Shown here one piece after another: positions 24,828-36,269 of a stretch of DNA of 64,000 nt (the stretch's first letter is position 1; each line of letters begins with the position of its first letter). Both the position numbers and the translations under genes were made by a program. Source of the stretch: Macrostomum hystrix (lineage: Eukaryota > Animalia > Platyhelminthes). The notes under the pieces are model-generated. The model was given only the letters and a program-made list of their open reading frames with translations. It did not search any database and was not told the DNA's origin. The stretch is from assembly GCA_950097015.1 (NCBI GenBank), contig CATNEN010000002.1:1426001-1490000 (forward strand), written 5' to 3'.

Positions 24828-25001
24828 ACTCGCCTGTTTTGTTAATCAAATGTTCTAATTTGGCTGTGTTTTGTTAATATCGTCAGGTTATTCTGCGGCT
24901 AAAATTTTGATTCCTTATTAAAGATGTCTTTTTTGTCTGACCAGCTAAACAAAATAAAAACATTTTTATTAATAAGTCAAATTCAAATCAAATTGTTCCA
25001 G

Positions 25002-25071
25002 TAGAGTCGGGAATCGAACCCCCGACCTTCAAGTCGTTAGTCCGACGCCCTAACCACTAAGCTACAACCCC
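25002..25071 (-). tRNA. tRNA-like sequence (AAC in the anticodon position); pseudo-tRNA or tRNA-derived SINE head
   Basis: GGGGTTGTAGCTTAGTGGTTAGGGCGTCGGACTAACGACTTGAAGGTCGGGGGTTCGATTCCCGACTCTA carries box A and box B, but stems have several mismatches. A related 3' half occurs at about 39960-39990. Confidence 0.45.
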
Positions 25072-25583
25072 TTTTTGTAGCTGGCTGGATGGCTATTCTA
25101 TTCAGACTTGATTAAGTGAGTCTAGGATATTACAAATTATACGAAATTATTATTCTTGTATATCCGAAAATATATTTTCTATTTAATAGAAAAACTGTCT
25201 GCAATGTTTTTTACGCCGTTTTGATACGTGATGACAATTTCTCTTTTAGTCTGTTCTAAGTGCGATTTCTTACAAATTCATGATCCGAATATTAAGTAGA
25301 AAAATGTCTTGATTTCTTGATCTCTCAACGCAATTTATAATTTATATTAAATTTTTAGAATTGGCCGTTGGTACATCTGTCCAAAAATAGTAATTATCAA
25401 GGTGCTTTGCGTTTCGCCTATCTGTTCTCCAACTGCAGAATGTTCTCCATTATTTGTTCTTTAATTATTTTTCTATCTATGATAGTAACATCTGCACTAT
25501 TGTTTCATGGTTAAACATTTATTTCTGTATTTGTATTCCAAAATTGCCAATCTGTGATTGATTTTCATTCAGATTTTTTCTGT

Positions 25584-26228
25584 CCGACATCCAGCCTGTC
25601 ACTCCGTCTGACATCCAGCCTGTCACTCCGTCTGACATCCAGCCTGTCACTCCGTCTGACATCCAGCCTGTCACTTTATCTGACACCCAGCCTGTCACTT
25701 TGCCTGACATCCAGCCTGTCACTCTGTCTGACATCCAGCCTGTCACTTTACCTGACACACAGCCTGTCACTTTGCCTGACATCCAGCCTGTCACTCCGTC
25801 TGACATCCAGCCTGTCACTTTACCTGACACTCAGCCTGTCACTTTGCCTGACATCCAGCCTGTCACTCCGTCTGACATCCAGCCTGTCACTTTACCTGAC
25901 ACCCAGCCTGTCACTTTGCCTGACATCCAGCCTGTAACTCCGTCTGACCTCCAGCCTGTCACTCCGTCTGACATCCAGCCTGTCACTTTACCTGACACCC
26001 AGCCTGTCACTTTGCCTGACATCCAGCCTGTAACTCCGTCTGACCTCCAGCCTGTCACTCCGTCTGACATCCAGCCTGTCACTCCGTCTGACATCCAGCC
26101 TGTCACTCCGTCTGACATCCAGCCTGTCACTCCGTCTGACATCCAGCCTGTCACTTTGCCTGACACCCAGCCTGTCACTCCGTCTGACACCCAGCCTGTC
26201 ACTCCGTCTCACATCCAGCCTGTCACTC
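25584..26228. repeat. 24-bp minisatellite (GACATCCAGCCTGTCACTCCGTCT)n
   Basis: About 27 units; 8-aa periodic ORFs (PSDIQPVT). Confidence 0.95.
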
Positions 26229-26441
26229 GTAGCGACAGTAACTGTCACAGTTAAAATCCGAAAGAAATGTGGGCGAAGTCAAAGTGCAGAATTGCCATAG
26301 ACGTTCGAAACCGGTCTCACTAAATACTTGTACTTCCGAAGCCGACTTAGTAAATCACTGGCTATTAGTTATCTAATCCAGAAGAATTCTAAAATAATCT
26401 ATCGCAAAATTAACCTAATTTGTTCCAACCGGGCCCTGTAG

Positions 26442-26666
26442 ATTGTATTGTGGCCATCGACAGTGGCTCACCAGCCAACGCTCAGGAATTAGAGAAACTC
26501 AAATATGTTGCCAAGGAAATCACCACCAGTATTTTTCTGTCTCCGAACTTGAGCCGAAATCTGCGACTATTTCATCCAAGCTGACCTTGTAATTCTGTTG
26601 GACAACACTGCAAACAAAAACTACTTCACGGACATGACAAACGCTGTCAAGACCATATTAGTTTGA
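26442..26666 (+). pseudogene. VWA-domain-like coding fragment with frameshift and stop
   Basis: After a tag acceptor: CIVAIDSGSPANAQELEKLKYVAKEI, then in another frame CDYFIQADLVILLDNTANKNYFTDMTNAVKTILV*. Both resemble the VWA beta1-alpha1 pattern (DLVFLLD.S.S...F...K.FVK.IV). Confidence 0.4.
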
Positions 26667-27006
26667 TGAGCAAGTTAAGGGCCAGATCACCATGTAGAAA
26701 CCTAATTGTAAGCAGTTCCTTCTCCGAGCTAGCGAATGCTACAAGACAGTCAACCTCAGCCATGTGTCTTCAAACGAAAACGAGCAACATTTTGCTTCTT
26801 AAATACACTCGATATTTAATAAGAGACATAATAGAACTTTCAATTTTTATTAAGTGTTCATACACCAGCAGCGAGTTCACTGAACCTAACATTAAAAAAA
26901 ATCCTTTGAGCTGCCATTCAAAGCACTTGTTTTTGCAACTGTGTGACGAAATAAATTGACAGGCAGATTCGGCGTACTCTCAATCCAATTGTAGTTTAGT
27001 AATCAG

Positions 27007-27445
27007 TGTAGTATTGTAGTATAATGTAGCGTTAGCACTCTTAATTTCTTCTTTATTATTATTACGACAACCACTGGGACACGCGACAAGCAATATAGTT
27101 AATTGTAGGACAGGTACAGGAGCTCGATGAGGACAAACAATATGAGTGGTGCTGAGAATAGGCAAATGAGCATCCAGAGGCGGCAGCAGCAAGGCAGAAT
27201 AACTAACGACAGTGGAAAGGTACTGACAGTATAAGTGATAACAGTGGCCGGGACAAAGGCAGTGACGCGAACGGAATAGGACAGACAGGCCGGAACACGC
27301 AGGACACGATAGGACAGGACAAGAACAAATGGACAGTGAGGCGCGAGCAGGACCAGGGGCCCTAGCTAAATAAGCTAGCCAGTCTAAAGAACAGGCGATC
27401 GATAACTCTAGCCAGACAGAGCTCGCACGCTCATTGGCTGGGGAC
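27007..27445 (-). mobile_element. Possible solo LTR
   Basis: On the minus strand it begins TGT, ends ...ACTACA and has AATAAA near its 3' end; no TSD found. Confidence 0.3.
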
Positions 27446-27967
27446 ATTGAACCACGCGTAGGAAATAAACTAGAATGGCGCGATGTGCGTTAACGGTTAC
27501 TTACAGTAGTGCCCTAACCATTTGAATTAATTATATGATAGAGCAGAAGTGGATGAAATTACATTATGAGTTAAAACGGCCCAAGTTAGTACATTCGCAG
27601 CTTAAGCTTGTAAATCAATACGTAGAGTAAATTCGCAGGGGCGCCTACAGCAAGTGACAACGTCACAAACTGCTTAACTGAAATAAATCAGGATTCAATT
27701 ATTCCTAGAATCTTAGCTAGAACTGCATCAGCTACGGTCATTAAAAACCGAGTTTTAAAAGTGCTTTCAATTAGTCAAGCTGTGTCCTAATTATAGCCTT
27801 GAGAATGGATGCTATCATTCGGACTCCTTTACTGATTTATTGTTTTGCTTTAAACATAGACATAGGATTAGCTAATTCATGTCAGCAGCTAAAGTAGCTA
27901 AATTTTGTTGCCTTACTTTAACAAAACGAAATGCACAAAGCTAAGCTAATATTTTTTGGTATCAGAA

Positions 27968-29206
27968 ATGTCTCAAGCGAGCAATCAGTGTTGGGAATTC
28001 GATAGACTGTCCGCAACTGGACGAAATTTCCTGCTAGAGCCACAGAGCCGCAATGACATCGTCCGAGAGCTGCAGCAGCGCTTGCTGCACGAACAGCAGA
28101 GGCGAAACGAGCAACGGCAGCTTCTGCAACCTGACAGCAATGCGGTTGAGACCAATGTCAAAGAAGCTGCAGAGTCTCAGATGCCGTTCTTGCAGAGCGA
28201 TACGAGGATATCAGAACAAACGCTTTCTCCCCGACACATTCAACCAACGCCGCCGCCGCCTGATCCTCCTCCGCCTTGCGAAGCACCTAGCCCGAAAACT
28301 TCAGTTCCACTCGCCCATCAGCCCCAGACTCTAGACGATTCTCTGGATGCGACACCTCAAAGAGCTGCCATCGAAGGTTTTGTAGGAGCACAAAATATGC
28401 AAGCAAATATGGAGCATAAAAATGAACCAGTATTATCAGATAAGATTAATCAGCAACACCCAACAGTTTTATCTGATAATAATATAATGACAGTAAATAA
28501 AGCTGCGACCAATAATTTAACCGCCTCTGTTGGTCTAACTGCGACTGATGATAAAAAAATCCTGGAATCGGAAGAGACCAAGGAGCAGCGAGATGCGAAG
28601 TCTTTGTCCAAGCTTGCCAATGCGGTCCGCACAATTCAAAATTTCTCTTCTGAGCAATATTATAACGTGTGTTCTATCAAGGACTCGGCTAGAGTCTTTC
28701 GCCAGGCTGCTGAACGGCAGGAGGCAACGATTGAGAAACTGCATCACAGATGCGATTCGAATATAGGCAATCGGTGCTTAAGAAAACCAGAAGTCACGGG
28801 GTTATGGAACGCCACTTCGTCTATTAAGCCTGCTGCGCCCCCATCAGGAACCGGCTCGATGTCTGTGCAAGGATGCAATCAAGTTTTAGTCACGCCATGC
28901 CTGATGTGCCTGATGCGCAGTCTGCAGGACAGCGGCCTGCTAGGCAGCTCCTGGAGCTCGGCCATTCTCCAGCTGCAGGAGGCGTTCACCATTAAAACTT
29001 TGGCCGACGCTGCTTTTGGTCAAGCGCCGCTAGAGTCGAATTCTAATCAGGTCTTACTGCAGCAGCCTCAATTAAGGCAAGTGCAAGCTCCTGCAGGTAG
29101 CTCGCCTTCGCCGTCAATAGTAACAGAGCCTATTAGCAAATGGCAAGCTTTGGAGAGGCTGTGTTTTATAAGAAACAGCCTCAAAGCTTGCACGCACACG
29201 AACTGA
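27968..29206 (+). CDS. Uncharacterised 413-aa protein, single ORF
   Basis: 1.2-kb non-repetitive ORF, ATG 2 nt after a TCAG acceptor-like site, Q-rich coiled-coil-like segment, poly-Pro stretch, ATTAAA downstream (about 29267). No family recognised. Confidence 0.65.
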   Translation: MSQASNQCWEFDRLSATGRNFLLEPQSRNDIVRELQQRLLHEQQRRNEQRQLLQPDSNAVETNVKEAAESQMPFLQSDTRISEQTLSPRHIQPTPPPPDPPPPCEAPSPKTSVPLAHQPQTLDDSLDATPQRAAIEGFVGAQNMQANMEHKNEPVLSDKINQQHPTVLSDNNIMTVNKAATNNLTASVGLTATDDKKILESEETKEQRDAKSLSKLANAVRTIQNFSSEQYYNVCSIKDSARVFRQAAERQEATIEKLHHRCDSNIGNRCLRKPEVTGLWNATSSIKPAAPPSGTGSMSVQGCNQVLVTPCLMCLMRSLQDSGLLGSSWSSAILQLQEAFTIKTLADAAFGQAPLESNSNQVLLQQPQLRQVQAPAGSSPSPSIVTEPISKWQALERLCFIRNSLKACTHTN

Positions 29207-29574
29207 GTCACAACACCGTGATGTACATCATCTGCTGATGTCTTGTTTTGTTTGTCTTGTTTTGTCTATTAAATTTGTGCAATTTCACGTAAAAAAACAC
29301 TTTTCATTTATTGCCGTCCGTATAGAATCTTTCACTAATGATGGAGACAATTTGGCTTTTTTAATTAAAAACTACGTTTGGTAGTAGTAGAAGTAAGGGA
29401 CACTAAGGCTCATAGGCCCATATTTGTAGGGTTGCTATCAGGAAAAATAGTGTAGATTTTTATCCATAATTCTACCCTGATTTCAGTCTCTTTCATCTGC
29501 ATGCACTATTTAATTCATTTGGGCGCAGCCGCCGAGTGAAGGCTTTGGGGGGCTTGTCGTGCAATTTACGACCT

Positions 29575-29725
29575 TATAAGGGCCAGCCTTATAAATGGCA
29601 CAGTGAAAGTGTAGTGCAATGTCTGATAATGAGAAAGTCAGGCTAGATGTAAACACCTGTGTGAGCTTGTGCCTGCGTAAGGATCTGTGTATGTGTGTAC
29701 TCAGGAGCCAGCGAAATGGGCAGAT
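29575..29725 (-). repeat. Dispersed repeat family X, copy 3
   Basis: Reverse complement reads GCTGGCTCCTGAGTACACACATACACAGATCCTTACGCAGGCACAAGCTCACACAGGTG. Confidence 0.7.
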
Positions 29726-29799
29726 GGGCCGCTTCGCAATATGCAGTTAGAATCGCAATGCTTAATACCGCGTGTGGGATCCCCTCGTACGCCAGAAGA

Positions 29800-30870
29800 G
29801 CGGCGACTCCGCGGGGCATCCCCAAAATAAGCTGGCGCAGATCAAGTCCTGGGGAAGTTGCTGCCAAGCGTTTGCAATGGCGTGACGCAGCTCCGCAACA
29901 TTCTCTGTGGTGCATTCTCTTTTCGAATGCTGCGCTTTAGAAAGTCCCAGACAGGCTCGATTGGATTCATGTCTGGGGACCGGGAAGGCCTGCGCAGAGT
30001 GCGGATCTGTAGCTGCTCTTTCACTTGACCAACAGCATCGGCTCGGTGTGGCGGCGCGTTATCATCCTGTTGCCAATGCAGTTACCAACTCCTCCGAAAG
30101 CAGCGTCGGCAAACGGTAGGAACCGTCGAGTCTGCAGAAGATCTGCGTAGCTACTAGCGTTCACGTTGGCATCCAGGAAGACGATATCCATCCTTGATTG
30201 TAGCGAGATGCCGGCCCAAACGTGCACTGAGGCAGCCCTGGCTCTCAGCGCACTGTACATGCTACTGCAGCACCTCCTGCGGCGTTCTCGTCAAACGCGG
30301 GTGCGACCGTCTGCTTGGAAAAGTCGGAACCGGCTCTCGTCAGTGAAAACAACGCGTCGCCACTGCTGCTGCCTCCAGTGGACGCGCTGCATCGCCCACT
30401 GCTCTCGGCTGGCGATGTGGGCAGGACTGAGTCGAGGCCGCTTGCGCATCTTGCGAGAGAGTAGGCCGCGGCCTCCCGAATTTCGACTGTCTGGGCGCTC
30501 ATGATGTTTCCTGCTCTGCTTCTCTCACCCCACATCAGACGGAGCAGGGTGGCTCGCAGTGTGGGAGTTCGCCATACTATTCGCAGCAGACGGCGATTTG
30601 CTCTGGCTGTTGAGCCACGGAGATCAAGGCGCGCTCACTGCCTTTTGCAGCCTCACGGGACTTTGTCAGCAGTTTTCGAATTGCCGCTCGCGATCTTCCA
30701 AATCTGCGAGCAACTTTGCTGATAGACACACTGACTTCCAGCATTACAACAGCACGCCATCGTTCAGCATTAGTCCTTTGCCGGACCATTTTTGAAATTT
30801 TGTGTGTGTGGATTAGACTGAAATTGTGTCCTCTTAAAGTTACGCAGTTTTGTTCCTTTACACAGACCCA
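29800..30870 (-). mobile_element. Decayed Tc1-family transposon
   Basis: ATG at 30789 MVRQRT..ERWRAVVMLE..VSISKVARRFG.SR (HTH), W.RVVFTDESRF, SVHVWAGIS, SPDMNPIEPVW; several frameshifts and stops. Confidence 0.9.
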
Positions 30871-32417
30871 CCCAAGCCCCCCAATTAGTGACAATAAGCA
30901 TCGCTGCGTGCTGCAAGTTGCGTCACTCACAATAAGTGAGAAAAATTCCATCTCGCTTGGATCGGGTGGAACTTTTGACTGTTGCTGAGTATATGATGCA
31001 CGATACGGAATTTATCATAATTGTTTTTCTACAGGTCGTGTGTTTTAGAATCTCCCATCTGCCCAGAGTATTTTCAGGACAGCCAGTCAATAAACTGGTC
31101 ATGAAATTGGGAGTTTGGTGGGGAGTTATCTCTCCAGTTTCTAGATTCAGCACTGCATGAAGTGATTCTAATTGTTTCACAAGTTAAGATAAAAACACGA
31201 CCGGACCGAGATAAAATCAATGGAAGGGAGGCCTGGTCCCTGCACAATCAAATATGCCAACTGTGATTGAAAATGGAGACGTACAAAACGATTAGATTGT
31301 TGTATGATGGTTCTTTTTAAATACCATGAAAATAATTGGCAGGCGAACTGTAGGCAATCTGCATTATAGTAGACCTAACATCTCGCTTGGTTGGTTATAC
31401 TATTAAAGCGACCTATGAAATTTGCAGTACATGTATTTTACGTTCCTTGAGTTCCAGTCTTTACTTAAGCTAAATAATTTCAGAGCGAGAATATAGAAAG
31501 TGAGAAAGAAATAGTGTCTTAATTTGTAGAAATTAAAAGTAAGTTTTATTTTCAACAGGTTCTAGGTATTCGCTAAACATTGCTGTAATTCTTCAAATTA
31601 GGACAGCTCGAACTCCGTAGGCCCGTAACCGCACCAACGCACGCATGCTCAATGCGCTTTCCCAGAAATCATACTCGAGGAAAAGTCGGCGATCACTGAT
31701 CAGAGAAGTCTCCAGTGCTATCTAGAACACCTAACACCAGACGTGTTAGGGGAAATTGTCTGCATGCTTTCATAGACCTATACGACAATTGAGATACATG
31801 TTAATTAACTTTCTATCAGTCAAAAGCGTATGTCTATACATTTTGGTTATAGGCCTATTTATAATAATATTGTTATAGGCCTATGGTTTATTTCTTTTAA
31901 GCCCCTATAACTTGGTTATGTACACATTGCAGCCATAAACTTGCATCTAACAGTTATAGCAAAATTTAAATTATCCAAAATATCAAGGCCCTAGGCCTAG
32001 CATTTTATTGTAGGCCTATTAGTATTACATCTCTATTTTTTATAAATAGATCTAGCTCTCAAGCAACAACAAAAACACATTTATACTCAACTCAATAATG
32101 CCCTTTTCAGGATTGTTAACTGATCTTTACTGTTAACTTTAAGTAGATCCCACCTTCCATACTTAAGTCAAGTCAATAGGCTACAAATTTATCTTCTTTG
32201 TCCTCACAATTTCAAGCTTGTATTGTAGGCTATAGGCCTAGCTTTCAATTAATTTATTCTTTGAAATAGAAAATTGTCTCCTTTAAGCTCTCATACATAT
32301 ATTCATAAATTGGGGTTGCCTAGGCCCCTACTTGTTGCATTAAAAAGTATAAGTTTCTTAGTTTCTCAATAAGAGTGCCAATTTAAAAACATCACCATAT
32401 AATATTTTAGTGCCTAC

Positions 32418-34378
32418 CACAGATAATATATAACTAGATTGGTCACTCAGTTAATTTTCTCTCACACTACTCTTAGGACCAGCCATCAGTAGTAAAAATA
32501 GCCAAAAAATAAAATCAAGTTAGAAAATTTTGTAAAATAGTTTTTTGATAGCAAGAAACTTGATATGCATGAGCACACTATTCATTTTATTTCTGACATC
32601 AATGTTTATTGTATTATTGTAGTAATTGTAGTATTGTAGTAATTATTGTAGTATGTTCTAATGTTTTTATGCAAAACAGAAGCAAAATTAGCAGTACAGT
32701 TAAAAATACAATTATAGCAAGTTTACATAGCAAAGTTAATGAGACAATTACAGGAAAAATTACATTCAAAAGGCTACAAGTCATATGACTTGGGCACTCG
32801 AGCTAGAAGTTCATATGATAAGTTCACATTAATTTATACATATATATTGCATACATAAAAACGTTAGAAACAATGCATGTCAGAAAATTGCCACGTTTCA
32901 GTCTCAAAAAATGCAATTTTGTTAATTTTTTTGCCGCACTGTTCTTTGCTCTTTCGGCTCGCAAATTGCGCATTTGTTCTTTGCACCACTTTCAAAGGCA
33001 AAGGCAGGCGAATCCGGCATACATTTTTTGCTGCACAACAGACTCGTGCAATTTGCACGCTTGCAGCTGAACAGCACTGTCATGAAAATGTGCAACAATT
33101 CTTGTTTTAATTTTCTCTTGCAGCAACGTCTCTAAGGGAAGGCTTGAAAAAATCACCTCCATTTTTCGGAAAGCTTGCAGGACATTGTTTGAGGGGGTGA
33201 TCAACCCTCTTGCTGCATGCTCAAAAGCTTTAAAGCCAATGTGCACTCCTGCAGGAGTGCTCGCCGTCAGTTTTGAGAGGCAATCAGCACAATTTAGGAC
33301 ATGGTTTTTGGCGAGAACAAAGCCAGCTACGTACTTCAGAGGCTCTTCCAGTTCGGCTCTCGGGTGAACTCGAAGCTTGGCCCTTGCTATAATTGAAGCC
33401 ACTGACGAGCTGCAGCGATGGGTTGGGGGCTCCTGCACCTTGTCAGCAGAGGCACTTGCATTCACAGAAACTAGGAGCTGGCTCACGTTTCCTTCGTTGA
33501 TTGCAGCTGTGCACTCTGGGGTGAAATCGCAGTCGCAGCGCTCCATCCTTGTTTATGCATGCAGCTGCCACATCAGGTGCCTGCTTCGAAGTATTTGGAG
33601 CAGCTGCAGTGTCCTCAGCATCCCTCCTTGTTAGTATAGGCGGATATAGTTCGTCAGCATCGGCATCAGTCCTTGTTACCTCTAGCTCGCTTTCAGGCTT
33701 TAACCGGGGCAGTACTAGCAACTTGTCTGGTACTGCATTCCATAGCAAGCAAGTAGATGCCTCATGACACAATGCGGGGCAGCTGTAAGCCGAATTGTTG
33801 AAATGTGCACTGCAGACTTTCAACTCGCGCTGTCAAATCGCTGTAAGCTCTAAATCCAGCTCCAGAATTCCTTTCCATTGAGTAGCCACCGCGTCATCTG
33901 CTGGGAATCTGTGCATTCGCACTGGAGTTCTGGTATCGCCAGTGTATGCGTGAGCTGTATTTGTGCAGGTGGCTGCACAGCACCTTTTTGAGCTGAATGT
34001 AAAATTATGCGTCGACATGGCCCAGGACAAAGGAAGGACAAGAAATTGGGCTTGGTCAAATACTCTTAAAACAATTAAGAGAAATGCTACGCTTATATTG
34101 AGATTGGTTCACAAGACGCATAGTGCATACGGCAATGTTGAAGTTTCCTTCGCAATATTATTTTTCAAATGGATTTGAATTCGCGCGTCCACAGAGATGT
34201 TTAATATGACATGGCAAGTGCCATAGAATGAAGCTGACGTGGCTGAAATAGCCACTGATATTTAGTCACTGATATTTTTTTGTTGTAATTTGCATTTACA
34301 CTACCGTCCTAAGAGTAGTATCCATTTTGCACCCACAGCGAGATGGAGAGTGACCAATCTAGTTATATATTATCTGTG
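32418..34378 (-). mobile_element. Internally deleted P-element-like (THAP) DNA transposon, 1961 bp
   Basis: Perfect 31-bp TIRs CACAGATAATATATAACTAGATTGGTCACTC (32418-32448 / 34348-34378) and 8-bp TSD GTGCCTAC (32410-32417 / 34379-34386). THAP motif CCAATC..HRFP..W..VCSAHF..AVP with a premature TGA at 33833; P-type C-terminal motif YVAGFV..C.DC..RGL..PS; no RNase H core. Confidence 0.92.
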
Positions 34379-34769
34379 GTGCCTACATAGTAGTGTTATT
34401 CAAAAGTGAGTTTCAGATCTCAAACTGACAGAATTTTTTGAATCAAACTGACTGGCTTATTGTACTATTTTATTGATAGTATATACATCTTGGCTAAAGA
34501 AGAGCAGGTGGGTGGACAATGCCACTGCACATCAAAAGACTAGAGATAAAATTGAGTTATTGGTATGAAACTTTACAATCAATAAGTTAGATGAAAGAAA
34601 GTATGTGGCTTCAAAATAGATTTTCTTGATATTCTTGTAGAGGCTAGTAGCCTTCTAGAAAATAAAGCAAGCACTAGTAATAGTACTAGCTAGGTAACTT
34701 GTACAAGTTACTAGTAATAAAGAAGCAATAGACATATCAGAAGCAATAACAAAGAAAAACTGAGTTCTC

Positions 34770-35025
34770 TGCTTGGGAATTAGTTCTCTGCTACTGGGGG
34801 GAGAATTAGTTCTTTGCTGCTGGGGGGATTAGTTCTCTGCTACTGGGGGGGGAATTAGTTCTTTGCTGTTGAATCGCAATCACGTATATTCGAAATCAGG
34901 GAAATTAATACTAATGAAATGAGTTTTCGCTTTTGTTTGCTTTCAGGTGTGTTTTGTCCTTCTGCATTACACAATATTTTTTTGTCTGAACAGTTGTGCC
35001 CCCCAAGGGGGGCTTACTGTGCTAG
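34770..35025 (+). mobile_element. Non-autonomous Helitron-like 3' end with about 4 minisatellite units
   Basis: GCCCCCC-AA-GGGGGGC hairpin (34998-35013), 8-nt spacer, CTAG then T; about 160 bp homologous to 43120-43278. Confidence 0.7.
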
Positions 35026-35029
35026 TAGT

Positions 35030-35745
35030 ATACTAAGTGTGATCTACTTAGTCTGCTTAGTCTGATCTACTTAGTCCACTCAGTCTGATCTACTTTGTCT
35101 ACTCAGTCTGATCTACTCAGTCTACTCTGTCTCATCTACTTTGTCTATTCAGTCTGATATACTTAGTCTACTCAGTCTGATCTACTTAGTCTACTCTGTC
35201 TGATCTACTTCGTCTACATATTCTGATCTACTTAGTCTACTTTGTGTGATCTACTCAAATCTACTCAATCCGATCTACCCAAATCTACTTAGTGTGATCT
35301 ACCCAAATCTACTCAGTTTGATCTACTTAGTCTACTCAGCCTGATCTACTTAGTCTACTCTGTCTGATCTACTTAGTCTACTCAGCCTGATCTACTTAGT
35401 CTACTCAGTCTGATATACTTAGTCTACTTAGTCGGATCTACTTAGTCTACTTAGTCGGATCTACTTAGTCTACTCAGTCTGATCAACTTAGTCTACTCAG
35501 TCTGATCTACTTAGTCCACTCTGTCTGATCTACTTCGTCTACATATTCTGATCTACTTAGTCTACTTTGTGTGATTTACTCAAATCTACTCAATCCGATC
35601 TACCCAAATCTACTCAGTGTGATCTACCCAAATCTGCTTTGTGTGATCTTTCTAAATCTACTCAGTGCGATCCACCAAAATCTACTCAGTGTAATCTTCT
35701 CAAATCTACTCAGTGTGATCCACCCAAATCTACTCAGTGTGATCT
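35030..35745. repeat. ~23-bp minisatellite (GTCTACTCAGTCTGATCTACTTA-like) with a duplicated higher-order block
   Basis: Tandem units; the segment at about 35200-35310 is repeated at about 35525-35620. Confidence 0.9.
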
Positions 35746-36041
35746 ACAAAATCTACCCCATTCAATGTACCCCACCCAGCCAGTCGAATCTATTCTCTAT
35801 ACAAAATAATCCAAACTCAGAGAGAAAATTTAAGTTACTCTGGTCTACAGCAATGCTTAAAATATTTTATTTAATGAAGTGAAAGTTTTAGAAGCGTAAC
35901 ATTATCTCATAAAAGTACATTTGGTTATTAGGTTAATATCATTTAGGCTACTAGTTACTGTATCTAATGTGTCAAAGTGTCTAATAAGAAAATTTTTGAA
36001 TAATAACAAGCTTTGAAAAATAAACATTTCATCCAATCTTG

Positions 36042-36269
36042 TCATCCACGGTGTTTGACTTCAATCGCCAGTTTATCTTCATCTGCAGCATTAGAAGATT
36101 CGGCCTCTTCAGCTTCGTTTTGTAGGTTGGCGTCGTCGAAATTCTCATTGCTGACAGGATCTTTTTCCGCGAAGTCGGCCCTATCTTCTACGTCGTCGGT
36201 ATCTTTGCAGGATTTCACAGCCACAGTCAGGATCAGTAGGCAAAGGGTTAGTTTGAGCAGATAGGCCAT
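36042..36269 (-). CDS. Small secreted acidic protein, 75 aa
   Basis: Signal-peptide-like MAYLLKLTLCLLILTVAVKS followed by a D/E/N-rich region ending KLAIEVKHRG*; non-repetitive and GC-richer than its flanks. Confidence 0.55.
   Translation of the reverse strand: MAYLLKLTLCLLILTVAVKSCKDTDDVEDRADFAEKDPVSNENFDDANLQNEAEEAESSNAADEDKLAIEVKHRG

Noticed and set aside
33833-33835. In-frame TGA within THAP as possible selenocysteine or readthrough
   Set aside because: Not at a Cys ligand position; the element has other frameshifts and stops, so it is an ordinary nonsense mutation.
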